Shown here one piece after another: positions 1-9,786 of a DNA stretch of 64,000 nt. Each line of letters opens with the position of its first letter. The first letter of the stretch is position 1. The translations under genes and the position numbers were made by a program. Location: assembly GCA_030158305.1 (NCBI GenBank), contig JAOATE010000031.1:30570-94569 (forward strand). Direction: 5' to 3'. The DNA is from Burkholderiaceae bacterium. GTDB lineage: Bacteria; Pseudomonadota; Gammaproteobacteria; Burkholderiales; Burkholderiaceae_B. The notes below the pieces were generated by a model that had not been told where the DNA came from, made no database searches, and saw only the letters and a program-made list of their open reading frames with translations.

Positions 1-1038
1 CAGGCTTTGACCGCCTCCGGCTATCTGGGTGCGCTGATCCCCGAAGAGTACGGCGGTAGCGGCATGCCGCTGCGCGCAGCAGCGGTAATTCTGGAGACGA
101 TCCACTCATCGGGCTGTAATGCTGGCGCCTGTCATGCCCAGATGTACACCATGGGTACCGTCTTGCGTCATGGCAGCGAAGCGCAAAAGAAAAAATACCT
201 CCCCGACATCGCCTCCGGCAAGGTGCGTCTGCAAGCGTTTGGCGTGACCGAACCCACCTCAGGCACAGACACCACCAAGCTCAAGACACGGGCCGAGCGT
301 CAAGGCGATCATTACGTCATTAACGGTCAAAAAGTCTGGACCTCGCGTGCTTTGCATTCTGATTTGATGTTGTTGTTGGCGCGGACAACTCCGCTCGATC
401 AGTGCAAGAAAAAGAGCGAAGGCTTGTCTGTGTTCCTGCTCGATATTCGCGATGGTTTGGGCAAAGGTTTGGACATTCGTCCGCTCAAGGCCATGGTCAA
501 TCACCATGCGACTGAAGTGTTTTTCGACAACCTGAAAATCCCCGCAGACAACTTGATCGGCGAGGAAGGCAAAGGCTTTAAGTACATTCTCGACGGCATG
601 AACGCCGAGCGTATTTTAGTGTCGGCCGAGGCGATTGGAGATGCCCGCTGGTTCGCGAAAACAGCGGTGGCCTATGTGAGCGAGCGTCGGGTCTTTGACC
701 GTCCGATCGGTCAAAACCAGGCTGTACAGTTCCCGATCGCGCGTGCACACGCGGAGACCGAGGCCGCTGACTTGGTATTGCGCCGCGCGGCCGCGCTGTT
801 TGATGCAGGCCTGCCTTGCGGAGATGAGGCCAATATGGGCAAGTTACTCGCCTCTGACGCGACCTGGCATGCAGCCGAGGCTTGTCTGCAGAGTCATGGT
901 GGCTTTGGCTATGCCAAGGAATACGACGTCGAGCGCAAGTGGCGCGAAACGCGCCTGTTCCAGATTGCGCCAATTTCGACCAATCTGGTGCTGTCATATA
1001 TCGGCGAACACATGCTCGGCATGCCACGTTCGTTTTAA
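1..1038 (+). CDS. Acyl-CoA dehydrogenase family protein (5'-truncated by window edge)
   Basis: Frame is open from base 1. ACAD motifs GVTEPTSGTD, INGQKVW, GEEGKGF, QSHGGFGYAKEYDVER. Confidence 0.93.
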   Translation, partial: QALTASGYLGALIPEEYGGSGMPLRAAAVILETIHSSGCNAGACHAQMYTMGTVLRHGSEAQKKKYLPDIASGKVRLQAFGVTEPTSGTDTTKLKTRAERQGDHYVINGQKVWTSRALHSDLMLLLARTTPLDQCKKKSEGLSVFLLDIRDGLGKGLDIRPLKAMVNHHATEVFFDNLKIPADNLIGEEGKGFKYILDGMNAERILVSAEAIGDARWFAKTAVAYVSERRVFDRPIGQNQAVQFPIARAHAETEAADLVLRRAAALFDAGLPCGDEANMGKLLASDATWHAAEACLQSHGGFGYAKEYDVERKWRETRLFQIAPISTNLVLSYIGEHMLGMPRSF

Positions 1039-1073
1039 CCACTCAAAATAAAAATATTGTGCAGGAGACAAAT

Positions 1074-2447
1074 ATGACACAAGGATTAACCCACGCTCTC
1101 GCCGCCTTCGTGGCGCAACCGACCTTTGGTGGTCAAGAGCAAGCTGCCTATGCCGTTGCGAAAACAGGCTTTATCGATACGATTGCGACCATGATGGCCG
1201 GGCATCGCGAGCCCGTCGTCGACATCGTGCGACAGTTTTTCGCCCAAGCCACGACGCCAGCCGAGGCGCCAGTTCCCTTTTTAGGCACCATGCACCCCAC
1301 GGCACAAGCAGCCTTCATTAATGCAGTGGCTGGTCACGCTTTAGACTATGACGATGTCGCGATCTCAGGCCACCCCAGCACTGTCCTGGTCCCCGCTATT
1401 TTGGCCGAAGGCCACAGACTCAACAGCTCTGGCCTGGACGCTGTGCGCGCCTATATCGTTGGCTATGAAGTCTGGGGGGAACTCGTGAGCCGCGAACCTG
1501 AGCAATATCACCTCAAGGGCTGGCATCCAACAGGCGTCTTTGGTGCGGTGGGTGCCGCCGCGGCTGTGGCCTATCTCAATAAGCTTTCTGTGGATCAGGC
1601 GCGTCAAGCGCTCGCCATCTCAGCCAGTCTTGCTAGTGGCCTGGTCGCGAACTTTGGCACCATGACCAAGCCTTTCCATGCCGGTCGCGCGGCCTCGCAC
1701 GGCATTGATGCAGTCCGTCTGTCCAAACTCGGCCTGACCTCTGCTCCAGATGTGTTTGAGCATCCTGCTGGCTATTTGTTTGCACTATCTTTGTCAGGTC
1801 GTGCAGACCTCAAACGACCCGCTGACACCCTGGGTAAGACCTTGCGGATTTTGGATAGCGGCTTGTCGATCAAGCGCTACCCTGTTTGCTATTCGAGTCA
1901 CCGAACCATTGATGGCGTGCTGGAGATTGTCGAACGTGAAAACCTCAAGGCAGAGGATATCAGCAAGGTTCATGTGACGATGGGTCCTGCGCAAGCCTCA
2001 ATGTTGCGCAACAAACATCCTGTGACAGGTCTCGAGGCTAAATTCAGTGCCCAGTTTGCAGTAGCCTCCGCTGTGGTGGCGCGCCAAGTCGGTTTATCCC
2101 AATTGACGGACGCATTTGCCACACGTCCTGATGTGTCCGAACTCTACGGCAAGGTCAGTGTGACGACGGTTGATACAGCCTGTCCGTTAGAGCCTGCCTT
2201 TGCATTCACAGACCGCGTGGTGATTGAAACAAAGAATGGAAAAAAGTTTGACTCAGGTGAAATTCGTTTTCCGCTGGGCAATGCAAAAAACCCCATCGAT
2301 GCCGCTGGTTTAAAGGCGAAATTTATGGATTGCGTCGCGACAGGCAAAGCCGAAAATCCGGCTATGCATGGCGCGGACGATGGACTCTATGACCGCATAG
2401 CGGGTCTAGAGAATCTCCCTAGCGTGCAGAGCCTATTTGGCAAATAG
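1074..2447 (+). CDS. MmgE/PrpD family protein (epimerase/decarboxylase-like branch)
   Basis: ATG at 1074 after GCAGGAG RBS; the ORF-track start at 882 overlaps the upstream gene. Motifs HALDYDD, GHPS, KGWHPTG, TKPFHAG, KFSAQF. Confidence 0.9.
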   Translation: MTQGLTHALAAFVAQPTFGGQEQAAYAVAKTGFIDTIATMMAGHREPVVDIVRQFFAQATTPAEAPVPFLGTMHPTAQAAFINAVAGHALDYDDVAISGHPSTVLVPAILAEGHRLNSSGLDAVRAYIVGYEVWGELVSREPEQYHLKGWHPTGVFGAVGAAAAVAYLNKLSVDQARQALAISASLASGLVANFGTMTKPFHAGRAASHGIDAVRLSKLGLTSAPDVFEHPAGYLFALSLSGRADLKRPADTLGKTLRILDSGLSIKRYPVCYSSHRTIDGVLEIVERENLKAEDISKVHVTMGPAQASMLRNKHPVTGLEAKFSAQFAVASAVVARQVGLSQLTDAFATRPDVSELYGKVSVTTVDTACPLEPAFAFTDRVVIETKNGKKFDSGEIRFPLGNAKNPIDAAGLKAKFMDCVATGKAENPAMHGADDGLYDRIAGLENLPSVQSLFGK

Positions 2448-2466
2448 TCCTGCAGGCGCCGATGAT
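2433..2466 (+). promoter_or_regulatory. Candidate operator/promoter of the photolyase operon
   Basis: Palindrome CTATTTG-G-CAAATAG (2433-2447) overlaps TTGGCA-N18-GATGAT, a weak sigma70-like pair ending 17 bp before the ATG at 2484. Confidence 0.25.
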
Positions 2467-2483
2467 GTAGTCAACGGAGTCTA

Positions 2484-4034
2484 ATGAGTCAAAGCGTAGT
2501 GTGGTTTAAAAAGGACTTGCGCGTCCATGATCACGCTGCGTTGACTGCCGCCGTCAAACGCGGGCGCGTCTGTTGTCTGTACATCATCGAGCCAAGCCTC
2601 TGGCGCAGCCCGGATGCCTCGACGCAGCACTATGAGTTCACCATCGAAAGTCTGCGCGATCTCTATGTCGCGATTAAAAGACTTGGTGGACAGTTACACG
2701 TTGTAACCGGGGAGGCGCTTGACGTCTTGCAGAGGTTGCACGCACTCATGCCATTTGACGCTCTGTATTCGCATCAGGAAACCGGCAACGCACCGAGCTA
2801 TACGCGTGACATTGCCGTCGGCAACTGGTGCCGCCAACAAGGCATTCGCTGGCATGAGCCGATACAGTTTGGCGTCGTGCGACGACTGCACAATCGAAAC
2901 CTCTGGCAAGCCGCCTGGGAAGAGCACATGCAGCAAGACTGCCTGCCCGCCCCCGCCCGGATCGACGCGCTCCCCTTACCTTGGACTGAGCCACGGCCAC
3001 CGAGTGCGGCGCAACTTTGCATTGACCCACTGAATCCGCCTCGCCGTCAAAAAGGCGGACGTCAGATTGGTCTGGAAATTCTCAATGATTTTCTGGAGGT
3101 CCGTAGCGAACAATATCGTGGCGGAATATCCTCGCCCTTGTCGGCGCCTACGGCATGCTCGCGGATCTCGCCCTACTTTACCTATGGCTGCCTCAGCATG
3201 CGCGAAGTCGTGCATGCGATGGTGGAGGTCATGGACCGCGAGAGCTCCAGGGAGAGCCGCAAATCGAAAGGGTTACGCGCGCTCATGAGCCGTTTGTACT
3301 GGCACTGTCACTTTATTCAAAAGTTGGAGTCAGAACCTGAGCTTGAGTATCAAAACGTTCACCGCGGCTACGATGGTCTGCGGGAAGAAGACTGGAATGA
3401 GGCGAATTTCGCCGCGCTGAGCGAGGGACGCACAGGTTGGCCACTGGTGGACGCCTGCGTGCTGATGCTCAAAGACACGGGTTGGATTAATTTTCGGATG
3501 CGGGCGATGATTGTCTCGACCGCGGCGTACCCGCTCTGGCTGCACTGGCGAGGGGTGGGGCAATGGCTCGCAAGACATTTTCTCGACTACGAGCCTGGTA
3601 TCCACTGGAGCCAGATGCAAATGCAAGCGGGCACCACAGGCATTAATATTCCGCGCATCTACAATCCCATCAAACAGGCACGTGACCACGATCCAAATGG
3701 CGTCTTTGTCCGACGCTGGATTCCAGCGCTCAAAAAAGTCCCAGATACCTGGTTATTTGAACCCTGGCATTTGACACCTGAGATGCAACAACAGTTTGGC
3801 ATCCACGCCGACAATAGACTCCCTGTCCCTGTTGTGGATCTTGAAGCCGCTACACGCGAGTCTAAGCGTCGCCTGTACGATAGACGTAGTGATGCAGACG
3901 TCAAAGCAGGAAAAAAAGCAATTGTTGAAAAGCACGCCTCGCGCAGGCGTTCGAGTCAGCCCGCCAGCCGCAGACGGTTCAACAGTCCCACACAAACGCC
4001 ACCCCCGACACAGCACGCCTTGGATTTCTCATGA
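2484..4034 (+). CDS. Photolyase/cryptochrome family protein, divergent clade
   Basis: N-terminal [16 protein letters not shown]; FAD-domain motifs [51 protein letters not shown]. Confidence 0.92.
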   Translation: MSQSVVWFKKDLRVHDHAALTAAVKRGRVCCLYIIEPSLWRSPDASTQHYEFTIESLRDLYVAIKRLGGQLHVVTGEALDVLQRLHALMPFDALYSHQETGNAPSYTRDIAVGNWCRQQGIRWHEPIQFGVVRRLHNRNLWQAAWEEHMQQDCLPAPARIDALPLPWTEPRPPSAAQLCIDPLNPPRRQKGGRQIGLEILNDFLEVRSEQYRGGISSPLSAPTACSRISPYFTYGCLSMREVVHAMVEVMDRESSRESRKSKGLRALMSRLYWHCHFIQKLESEPELEYQNVHRGYDGLREEDWNEANFAALSEGRTGWPLVDACVLMLKDTGWINFRMRAMIVSTAAYPLWLHWRGVGQWLARHFLDYEPGIHWSQMQMQAGTTGINIPRIYNPIKQARDHDPNGVFVRRWIPALKKVPDTWLFEPWHLTPEMQQQFGIHADNRLPVPVVDLEAATRESKRRLYDRRSDADVKAGKKAIVEKHASRRRSSQPASRRRFNSPTQTPPPTQHALDFS

Positions 4035-4198
4035 CTACCCCCTCCCCCATGCGTGGCCGCAAAAAAGCTGACCTCCCCAGCAAAGTCTGTCAACGTTGCG
4101 CCCGTCCTTTTACTTGGAGAAAAAAATGGGAGCGTGACTGGGAAAACGTGAAATTTTGCTCCGACCGCTGTAGAACGTCTACGGGAGCATCTAAATGA
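4031..4198 (+). CDS. DUF2256-family small Cys4 protein (55 aa; alternative start 4049), absent from the ORF track
   Basis: Hand translation [55 protein letters not shown]. The CxxC-RPFxWRKKW-...-CSxxC pattern is the DUF2256 signature. ATGA overlaps with both neighbours. Confidence 0.88.
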   Translation: MTTPSPMRGRKKADLPSKVCQRCARPFTWRKKWERDWENVKFCSDRCRTSTGASK

Positions 4199-5499
4199 GC
4201 ACCTTGATTTATTGGTTTCGAAACGATCTGAGATTGCAGGACTCTCCTGCGCTGAATCAAGCCTGTCGCGCGGCGACACACCTCGTTCCCGTTTTTGTAC
4301 TCGCGCCAGAGGATGCCACGACACGCTGGGGGTTTCCACGTGAGAGTGTGCCGCGCAAACGATATCTCACGCAGACCCTTGTCGAACTGGATGCACAATG
4401 TCGAGCACTCGGTACTCGACTGCTCGTGTTGCAAGGCGATGCGGTGACCACCCTCGCCTCACTGGTTCAATCCACGCAAGCCGACGGCATCATCTGTGAG
4501 CAAATTGCCGCCCCCGAAGAGCAAGCCGAAATCGAGCAGCTTAGAGAGCAAGGCATCAAGGTTCAATACCTGTGGCAATCCACCATGTTGGATTTGGCTA
4601 CGTTGCCTTTTACGCCTCGGCAAATGCCCGATGTGTTTACGCAGTTTAGGCAAAAGCTCGAATCTACAGGACTGCGCGCCCGGGCAGTCGCCGCACGACC
4701 TGAGCGCATGCCCTCTCTGCCCGAGAACCTTGCGGTTGAAAGCGTATGCTTGAAGCAGCGGCTTGAGCATCTGGGTTCGCGTTCAGAAGCAAACAACCGA
4801 TCAAGCGCAGGCACGACTCAAGGTCTGCAACACCTGGACCACTACTTCTCAGACGAACTGCCTCACACCTACAAGCAAACACGCAATCAGCTCTCTGGCA
4901 CAGACTACGCAACCAGCTTTTCAACTTGGTTAGCGACTGGAGCACTCTCGGCGCCAATGATTGTTGAGCGGCTTACGCAATACGAAACTGCCCGAGGTGC
5001 CAACGATGGCACTTATTGGATCTGGTTTGAACTCGCTTGGCGGGATTACTTTCGTTTTTTACATCTGAAATATGGACGTGCCCTTTACTTGCGTGAAGGT
5101 CTGCGCAAGCCTGACCCAGGCAGTGATGCGCCAAGCCTTGCTGAACCCTTGAGTGGCATCGCGCTCAAACTCTTTGAGCAATGGACTCAAGGCAGAACAA
5201 AAAATGCCCTCGTCAATGCGGGCATGAACGAACTCGCCGCGACAGGCAAGATGTCCAATCGCATGCGCCAGATCGTTGCAAGCTATTTGATTTATGACTT
5301 AAGAATCGATTGGCGAGCGGGTGCGGCTTGGTTTGAGTCACAACTCGTGGATTACGACGTTTATAGCAATCAGGGAAACTGGCTCTATATCGCGGGCTTG
5401 GGCACAGATCCGAGAGGCGGCCGACGGATGAATTTAGAAAAACAAGCGCTAGAGCATGACCCTAAGGGGCTCTATCGCAAACAATGGGCACAGACATGA
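4195..5499 (+). CDS. DASH-family cryptochrome (ssDNA CPD photolyase type)
   Basis: [72 protein letters not shown] are typical of Cry-DASH. Confidence 0.9.
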   Translation: MSTLIYWFRNDLRLQDSPALNQACRAATHLVPVFVLAPEDATTRWGFPRESVPRKRYLTQTLVELDAQCRALGTRLLVLQGDAVTTLASLVQSTQADGIICEQIAAPEEQAEIEQLREQGIKVQYLWQSTMLDLATLPFTPRQMPDVFTQFRQKLESTGLRARAVAARPERMPSLPENLAVESVCLKQRLEHLGSRSEANNRSSAGTTQGLQHLDHYFSDELPHTYKQTRNQLSGTDYATSFSTWLATGALSAPMIVERLTQYETARGANDGTYWIWFELAWRDYFRFLHLKYGRALYLREGLRKPDPGSDAPSLAEPLSGIALKLFEQWTQGRTKNALVNAGMNELAATGKMSNRMRQIVASYLIYDLRIDWRAGAAWFESQLVDYDVYSNQGNWLYIAGLGTDPRGGRRMNLEKQALEHDPKGLYRKQWAQT

Positions 5500-7025
5500 C
5501 AACGCTTCGCTTAGTACTGGGTGACCAACTGAACCCCGCACACAGTTGGTTTTCAAAAGTGGACCCAAACGTTGTTTACACCTTGATGGAGATGCGTCAA
5601 GAAACAGACTATGTGGTGCATCATGCCCAAAAGGTACTGGCGATTTTTGCGGGTCTGCGTGACCTCGCAGCACTGCTTGAGTCTCAAGGTCACCGTGTCC
5701 ACTACCTCGCCATTGATGATCCTACAAACACGCAGTCTCTCACGCTCAATCTTGAAAAGCTTATCCAGCAATACACTTGCTCGCGCTTTGAATATCAACA
5801 GCCTGATGAGTGGCGTCTGGATGCGCAACTTGAAACCTTGAGTCAAGGTTTAAAGATCGCGGTGGAGATGTGCGACAGTGAGCACTTTTACACGACGCGT
5901 CACGAGGCAGGAGAGATCTTTAAAGGTCAAAAAAGCTGGCTGATGGAACGCTTTTACCGTCAGATGCGGACAAAACACAAAGTTCTCATGCTCGATGCCA
6001 AGAAACCCGTCGAAGGGCAATGGAATTTTGATCATGAGAATCGCAAGCGCTGGACCGGCACCCCTCCAGAACCCAAAGATCAGCGCACCAAACACGATCA
6101 TTCTGCCTTGTGGAAGGTCATTGAAACATCAGGTGTCCGCACGATGGGAGCGCCACATGCAGCAGAATTTGCCTGGCCCTTGAACCGCAAGGAGGCTCTG
6201 GCGGATCTGGATCGTTTCATCGAACATATTTTGCCAAACTTTGGTGACTTTCAAGATGCGATGAGTACAGGACACTGGCGAATGTTTCACTCGCTACTCT
6301 CCTTTTCGCTCAACACCAAGATGCTCAACCCACAAGAAGTGGTGAGCCGCGCCGAACAAGCCTGGCATGCAGGCAAGGTGTCAATCGCGACGGCTGAGGG
6401 CTTTATCAGGCAAATACTAGGCTGGCGCGAATACATCCGTGGGATGTATTGGCACCATATGCCTGGCTATGAACAGCACAATACGTTTAACCACACCACG
6501 CCCTTGCCAGAGTGGTTTTGGACCGGCCAGACAAAGATGCGCTGTCTCTCAGACTCCATCGGTCAATCTTTAGAGCATGCTTACGGGCACCATATTCAGC
6601 GTCTGATGGTCATTGGCAACTTTTCTCTGCTGGCTGGATTAGATCCCGCTGCGTTGCATCGCTGGTACCTTGGAATCTATATTGATGCGTTTGAGTGGGT
6701 AGAGTTACCCAATGTCATTGGGATGAGTCAGTTTGCCGATGACGGGCTGCTGGCCACCAAACCCTATGTGTCGAGCGCAGCCTATGTCGATCGAATGAGC
6801 GACTATTGCAAAGGCTGTCATTACGATAAAAAGCTACGCGAAGGTGAGCGCGCATGCCCGTATAACGCTTTGTACTGGGACTTTTTTATCCGGCACGAAG
6901 AGAAACTCTCCAAGAATTTCAGGCTCGGAATGGTGTACAGAAATATTGAAAAAATGAGTGATGCCGCCGTCGAGGGCATCAAAGAAAAAGCTCAGGAAAT
7001 CAAAGCATCACTCAATACGTACTGA
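5496..7025 (+). CDS. FeS-BCP bacterial (6-4) photolyase / cryptochrome (PhrB/CryB type)
   Basis: [43 protein letters not shown], and four [4Fe-4S] cysteines ([18 protein letters not shown]). ATG 5496 overlaps the DASH stop (ATGA). Confidence 0.93.
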   Translation: MTTLRLVLGDQLNPAHSWFSKVDPNVVYTLMEMRQETDYVVHHAQKVLAIFAGLRDLAALLESQGHRVHYLAIDDPTNTQSLTLNLEKLIQQYTCSRFEYQQPDEWRLDAQLETLSQGLKIAVEMCDSEHFYTTRHEAGEIFKGQKSWLMERFYRQMRTKHKVLMLDAKKPVEGQWNFDHENRKRWTGTPPEPKDQRTKHDHSALWKVIETSGVRTMGAPHAAEFAWPLNRKEALADLDRFIEHILPNFGDFQDAMSTGHWRMFHSLLSFSLNTKMLNPQEVVSRAEQAWHAGKVSIATAEGFIRQILGWREYIRGMYWHHMPGYEQHNTFNHTTPLPEWFWTGQTKMRCLSDSIGQSLEHAYGHHIQRLMVIGNFSLLAGLDPAALHRWYLGIYIDAFEWVELPNVIGMSQFADDGLLATKPYVSSAAYVDRMSDYCKGCHYDKKLREGERACPYNALYWDFFIRHEEKLSKNFRLGMVYRNIEKMSDAAVEGIKEKAQEIKASLNTY

Positions 7026-7311
7026 GGCGGTCAATCGCGCAGGCCATCATGATGTCGCGTGTCGACAGGCCATCCGCATCATGCGTGGTCAACACAATAG
7101 AGACCTTGTTGTAGACGTTGGACCACTCGGGGTGATGGTCCAATTTTTCTGCCAGGATCGCGACACGCGTCATAAAGGCAAACGCCTCGCTAAAGTCTTT
7201 GAAATGCCAACTACGGGACAAGCGCCCTCCCGCGGTCGAGTCATATTGCCAATCCGGGCAGGTTGCGCAGGCGGCATCGAGTTCACTGGACTGTAAGCGT
7301 GCAATGCTCAT
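7012..7311 (-). CDS. phhB: Pterin-4a-carbinolamine dehydratase
   Basis: [31 protein letters not shown]. Start moved to ATG 7311. Confidence 0.92.
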   Translation of the reverse strand: MSIARLQSSELDAACATCPDWQYDSTAGGRLSRSWHFKDFSEAFAFMTRVAILAEKLDHHPEWSNVYNKVSIVLTTHDADGLSTRDIMMACAIDRLSTY

Positions 7312-7324
7312 AATGGTCGACCTC

Positions 7325-8539
7325 TCAAGATGACTGTGTATTGGAAGGACCGGGCTCACGGGGCAACAGCATCACGACGATGGCCGTACACGCAGCAAAA
7401 CCCGCCATGACTAACAACATGACATCAAAACCGAGACTCTTGACCGATGGGCCAAGCGCCCAGACGGCAATTGAACTCAACCCGAGAGAGACGGCCAAGC
7501 GAATACCCGCCACGCGCGAACGCATCCGGTCGTCCACATAGCGCACCACCATCACATCCACGAAGGGTACCGCGCCGAAAATGAACACCATGACGCCCAA
7601 CAAAGCTGCGAACAACCACCAGCCTTGGGCGTGGGAAGCGAGCAAAAACAACGGGATTTGCAGCAACACAATGCCAAGAAAAATGGGGCGAATGGCAAAG
7701 CGGTCAAGCAACTTTCCGACAATCACTTGCATCAGCGACGCCACCACATAGATGACGGCCAACATGATGCCTAAGGTTGCGGGATCCTCCACAATGCCCT
7801 TAAAACGCTCGAGCAACAGCTGACCATTGCCATTGGTCGTAAAGTTAAACAGCACACTCCCGGTCGCAGCGCTCACCGTCATCACTGCCAACACCCGCGC
7901 AATCAAGGCAGGAGGGAATTTGACCTTGGCTGTTGTTTTACGCTTGGCGGGCGCCTCGGTTTCTGCTGGACACACATAAGCAAACCAGACGCCACAGGCA
8001 ATCGACAATACGGCTGGGATTGCAAAGGCAGCGCGCCATCCGAGCCACTTGATCAAAAAGCCACTGACCACGGCGGCAAGCGCCACACCCAAATTACCCG
8101 CCAAACCATTGATCCCAATCGCATAGCCTGGATTGACCGACTTTTGCACCAAAAAGGGAATGCCGACAGGATGATAAATAGAGGCGAAGGCACCCACCAA
8201 CGTCAGCGCTGCGGCGAGTTGCCAAGCGTTTTGGCTCAAAGCGGCAATCAGCGTGGAGGCACCTATACCGACAAAAAACACCACCATCATGCGACGGCGC
8301 CCCCAGAGATCACCCAGGCGACCCGAGGGAATCGAGCCTAAACCAAACAACACGAAAGCTCCCACACCATAGGGCATCAGATCTTCCCAGCTGTCAAAGC
8401 CAAAATCCATTGCAATCACGCCGACTGAGGCCGCAAAGATCAGCAAGAACATATGGTCTAAACCATGCCCGACATTGAGCAGCAATCGAACGGCCAACGA
8501 GTGGTCCTGAGTGTGCAAGGAGGCGTCAGTTGCGCTCAT
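7325..8539 (-). CDS. MFS transporter, substrate unknown
   Basis: About 12 hydrophobic segments; MFS motif [11 protein letters not shown] and second-repeat GKLLDRF; SIYHPVG. Confidence 0.9.
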   Translation of the reverse strand: MSATDASLHTQDHSLAVRLLLNVGHGLDHMFLLIFAASVGVIAMDFGFDSWEDLMPYGVGAFVLFGLGSIPSGRLGDLWGRRRMMVVFFVGIGASTLIAALSQNAWQLAAALTLVGAFASIYHPVGIPFLVQKSVNPGYAIGINGLAGNLGVALAAVVSGFLIKWLGWRAAFAIPAVLSIACGVWFAYVCPAETEAPAKRKTTAKVKFPPALIARVLAVMTVSAATGSVLFNFTTNGNGQLLLERFKGIVEDPATLGIMLAVIYVVASLMQVIVGKLLDRFAIRPIFLGIVLLQIPLFLLASHAQGWWLFAALLGVMVFIFGAVPFVDVMVVRYVDDRMRSRVAGIRLAVSLGLSSIAVWALGPSVKSLGFDVMLLVMAGFAACTAIVVMLLPREPGPSNTQSS

Positions 8540-8560
8540 CTTCTTTGGATTCCTGTGTGT

Positions 8561-8986
8561 TTATGCGCGACCAATAATAGATGCCGTCAACATGAGCTCC
8601 TCCAAGAGCGCAAGTGACACCGCACCAGAAACCGAATAGGGATCCAACTCGGGCTGCTCGGAGTACTTGAGTACGATTGAGGTGTTGAGTTTGGAAAGAT
8701 TGACCTTGCCCATTGTCCAGCCACCAAAACGTCTCTCAGTGATTTCTTCGTAGTGAAGCAACACAACGTCTTTGTGTCGTGTGTCACGAATGATGTGGCC
8801 ATACAACTCATTGACTTGCTTGCGCCCACCTTCGATCGCCTGAAGGTAAATTCCGCCGCCATAACAAAGAATGCCGGTAATTCCATTGGCGATATTGTGC
8901 TGACGCGAGGAATCTAAAATCGAATCCGTCTCCTCGTTCGCGCTTGGGTCTAGTGCACGACTGACATATAACAAACGTACCAACAT
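8561..8986 (-). CDS. Stand-alone BLUF blue-light sensor
   Basis: LLYVSRA (Tyr), NIANGITGIL, YLQAIEG (Gln), DTRH, RFGGWTM (Trp/Met). No output domain. Confidence 0.93.
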   Translation of the reverse strand: MLVRLLYVSRALDPSANEETDSILDSSRQHNIANGITGILCYGGGIYLQAIEGGRKQVNELYGHIIRDTRHKDVVLLHYEEITERRFGGWTMGKVNLSKLNTSIVLKYSEQPELDPYSVSGAVSLALLEELMLTASIIGRA

Positions 8987-8988
8987 GG

Positions 8989-9696
8989 TTATACCTCTCG
9001 AGGAATCAAGGACAGGAACTCACGACGCAAATTGGGGTCTTTTAGAAAGGCTCCCCGCATGACTGAGTTGATCATACGACTATCCATGTCCTTGACACCG
9101 CGCCAGGACATACAAAAGTGTGTCGCGCTCATGACGACAGCCAAACCATCGGGTTGGGTTTTTTCCTGAATCAAGTCTGCGAGCTGCACCACAGCTTCTT
9201 CTTGGATCTGCGGGCGGCTCATGATCCATTCCGCGAGGCGGACGTATTTGGAGAGACCGATCACGTTGGTATGCTCATTGGGCATGATCCCAATCCAAAC
9301 CTTACCGATCACGGGACAAAAGTGATGACTGCACGCGCTGCGGACGGTCATCGGTCCAACAATCATCAATTCGCTCAGATGCTCGACGTTAGGAAACTCT
9401 GTAATCGGGGGCTGGGGACGATAACGACCGCCAAACACCTCTTGAAGATACATTTTGGCAACGCGTCGCGCGGTGTCATTGGTGTTGTGATCGGAAACGG
9501 TGTCAATCACCAAGCTTTCCAACACGCCTTTCATTTTGCCCTCCACCTCATCCAACAGCAGAGCAAGCTCGCCGGGTTCGATAAAGTCGGAGATGTTGTC
9601 ATTGGCATGAAAACGCTTGCGTGCTGATTTCAGGCGATTGCGGATGGATACCGAAATGGGTACGCCTTTGTCTGGGTCTTGATCAGTAGGATTCAT
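8989..9696 (-). CDS. folE: GTP cyclohydrolase I
   Basis: TARRVAKMY, RSACSHHFCP, GLSKYVR, RPQIQE, HFCMSWRGV (Zn ligands C, H, C). Start moved to ATG 9696. Confidence 0.95.
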   Translation of the reverse strand: MNPTDQDPDKGVPISVSIRNRLKSARKRFHANDNISDFIEPGELALLLDEVEGKMKGVLESLVIDTVSDHNTNDTARRVAKMYLQEVFGGRYRPQPPITEFPNVEHLSELMIVGPMTVRSACSHHFCPVIGKVWIGIMPNEHTNVIGLSKYVRLAEWIMSRPQIQEEAVVQLADLIQEKTQPDGLAVVMSATHFCMSWRGVKDMDSRMINSVMRGAFLKDPNLRREFLSLIPREV

Positions 9697-9786
9697 AAGG
9701 TTGAGTTTAATCGTGGTGTGAGTATCTTGTGTTGGGGAAAAGAAGATCAAACTTAAGCATTAACGGAAGCACGACCTGGCTAAGCA

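Noticed and set aside
9722-9749. Possible RpoE/ChrR-type promoter (TGATC-N18-GATAC) upstream of folE
   Set aside because: The -35 fits, but the -10 is a poor match to the recalled CGTA core, and no equivalent was found before the photolyase operon or DUF393.
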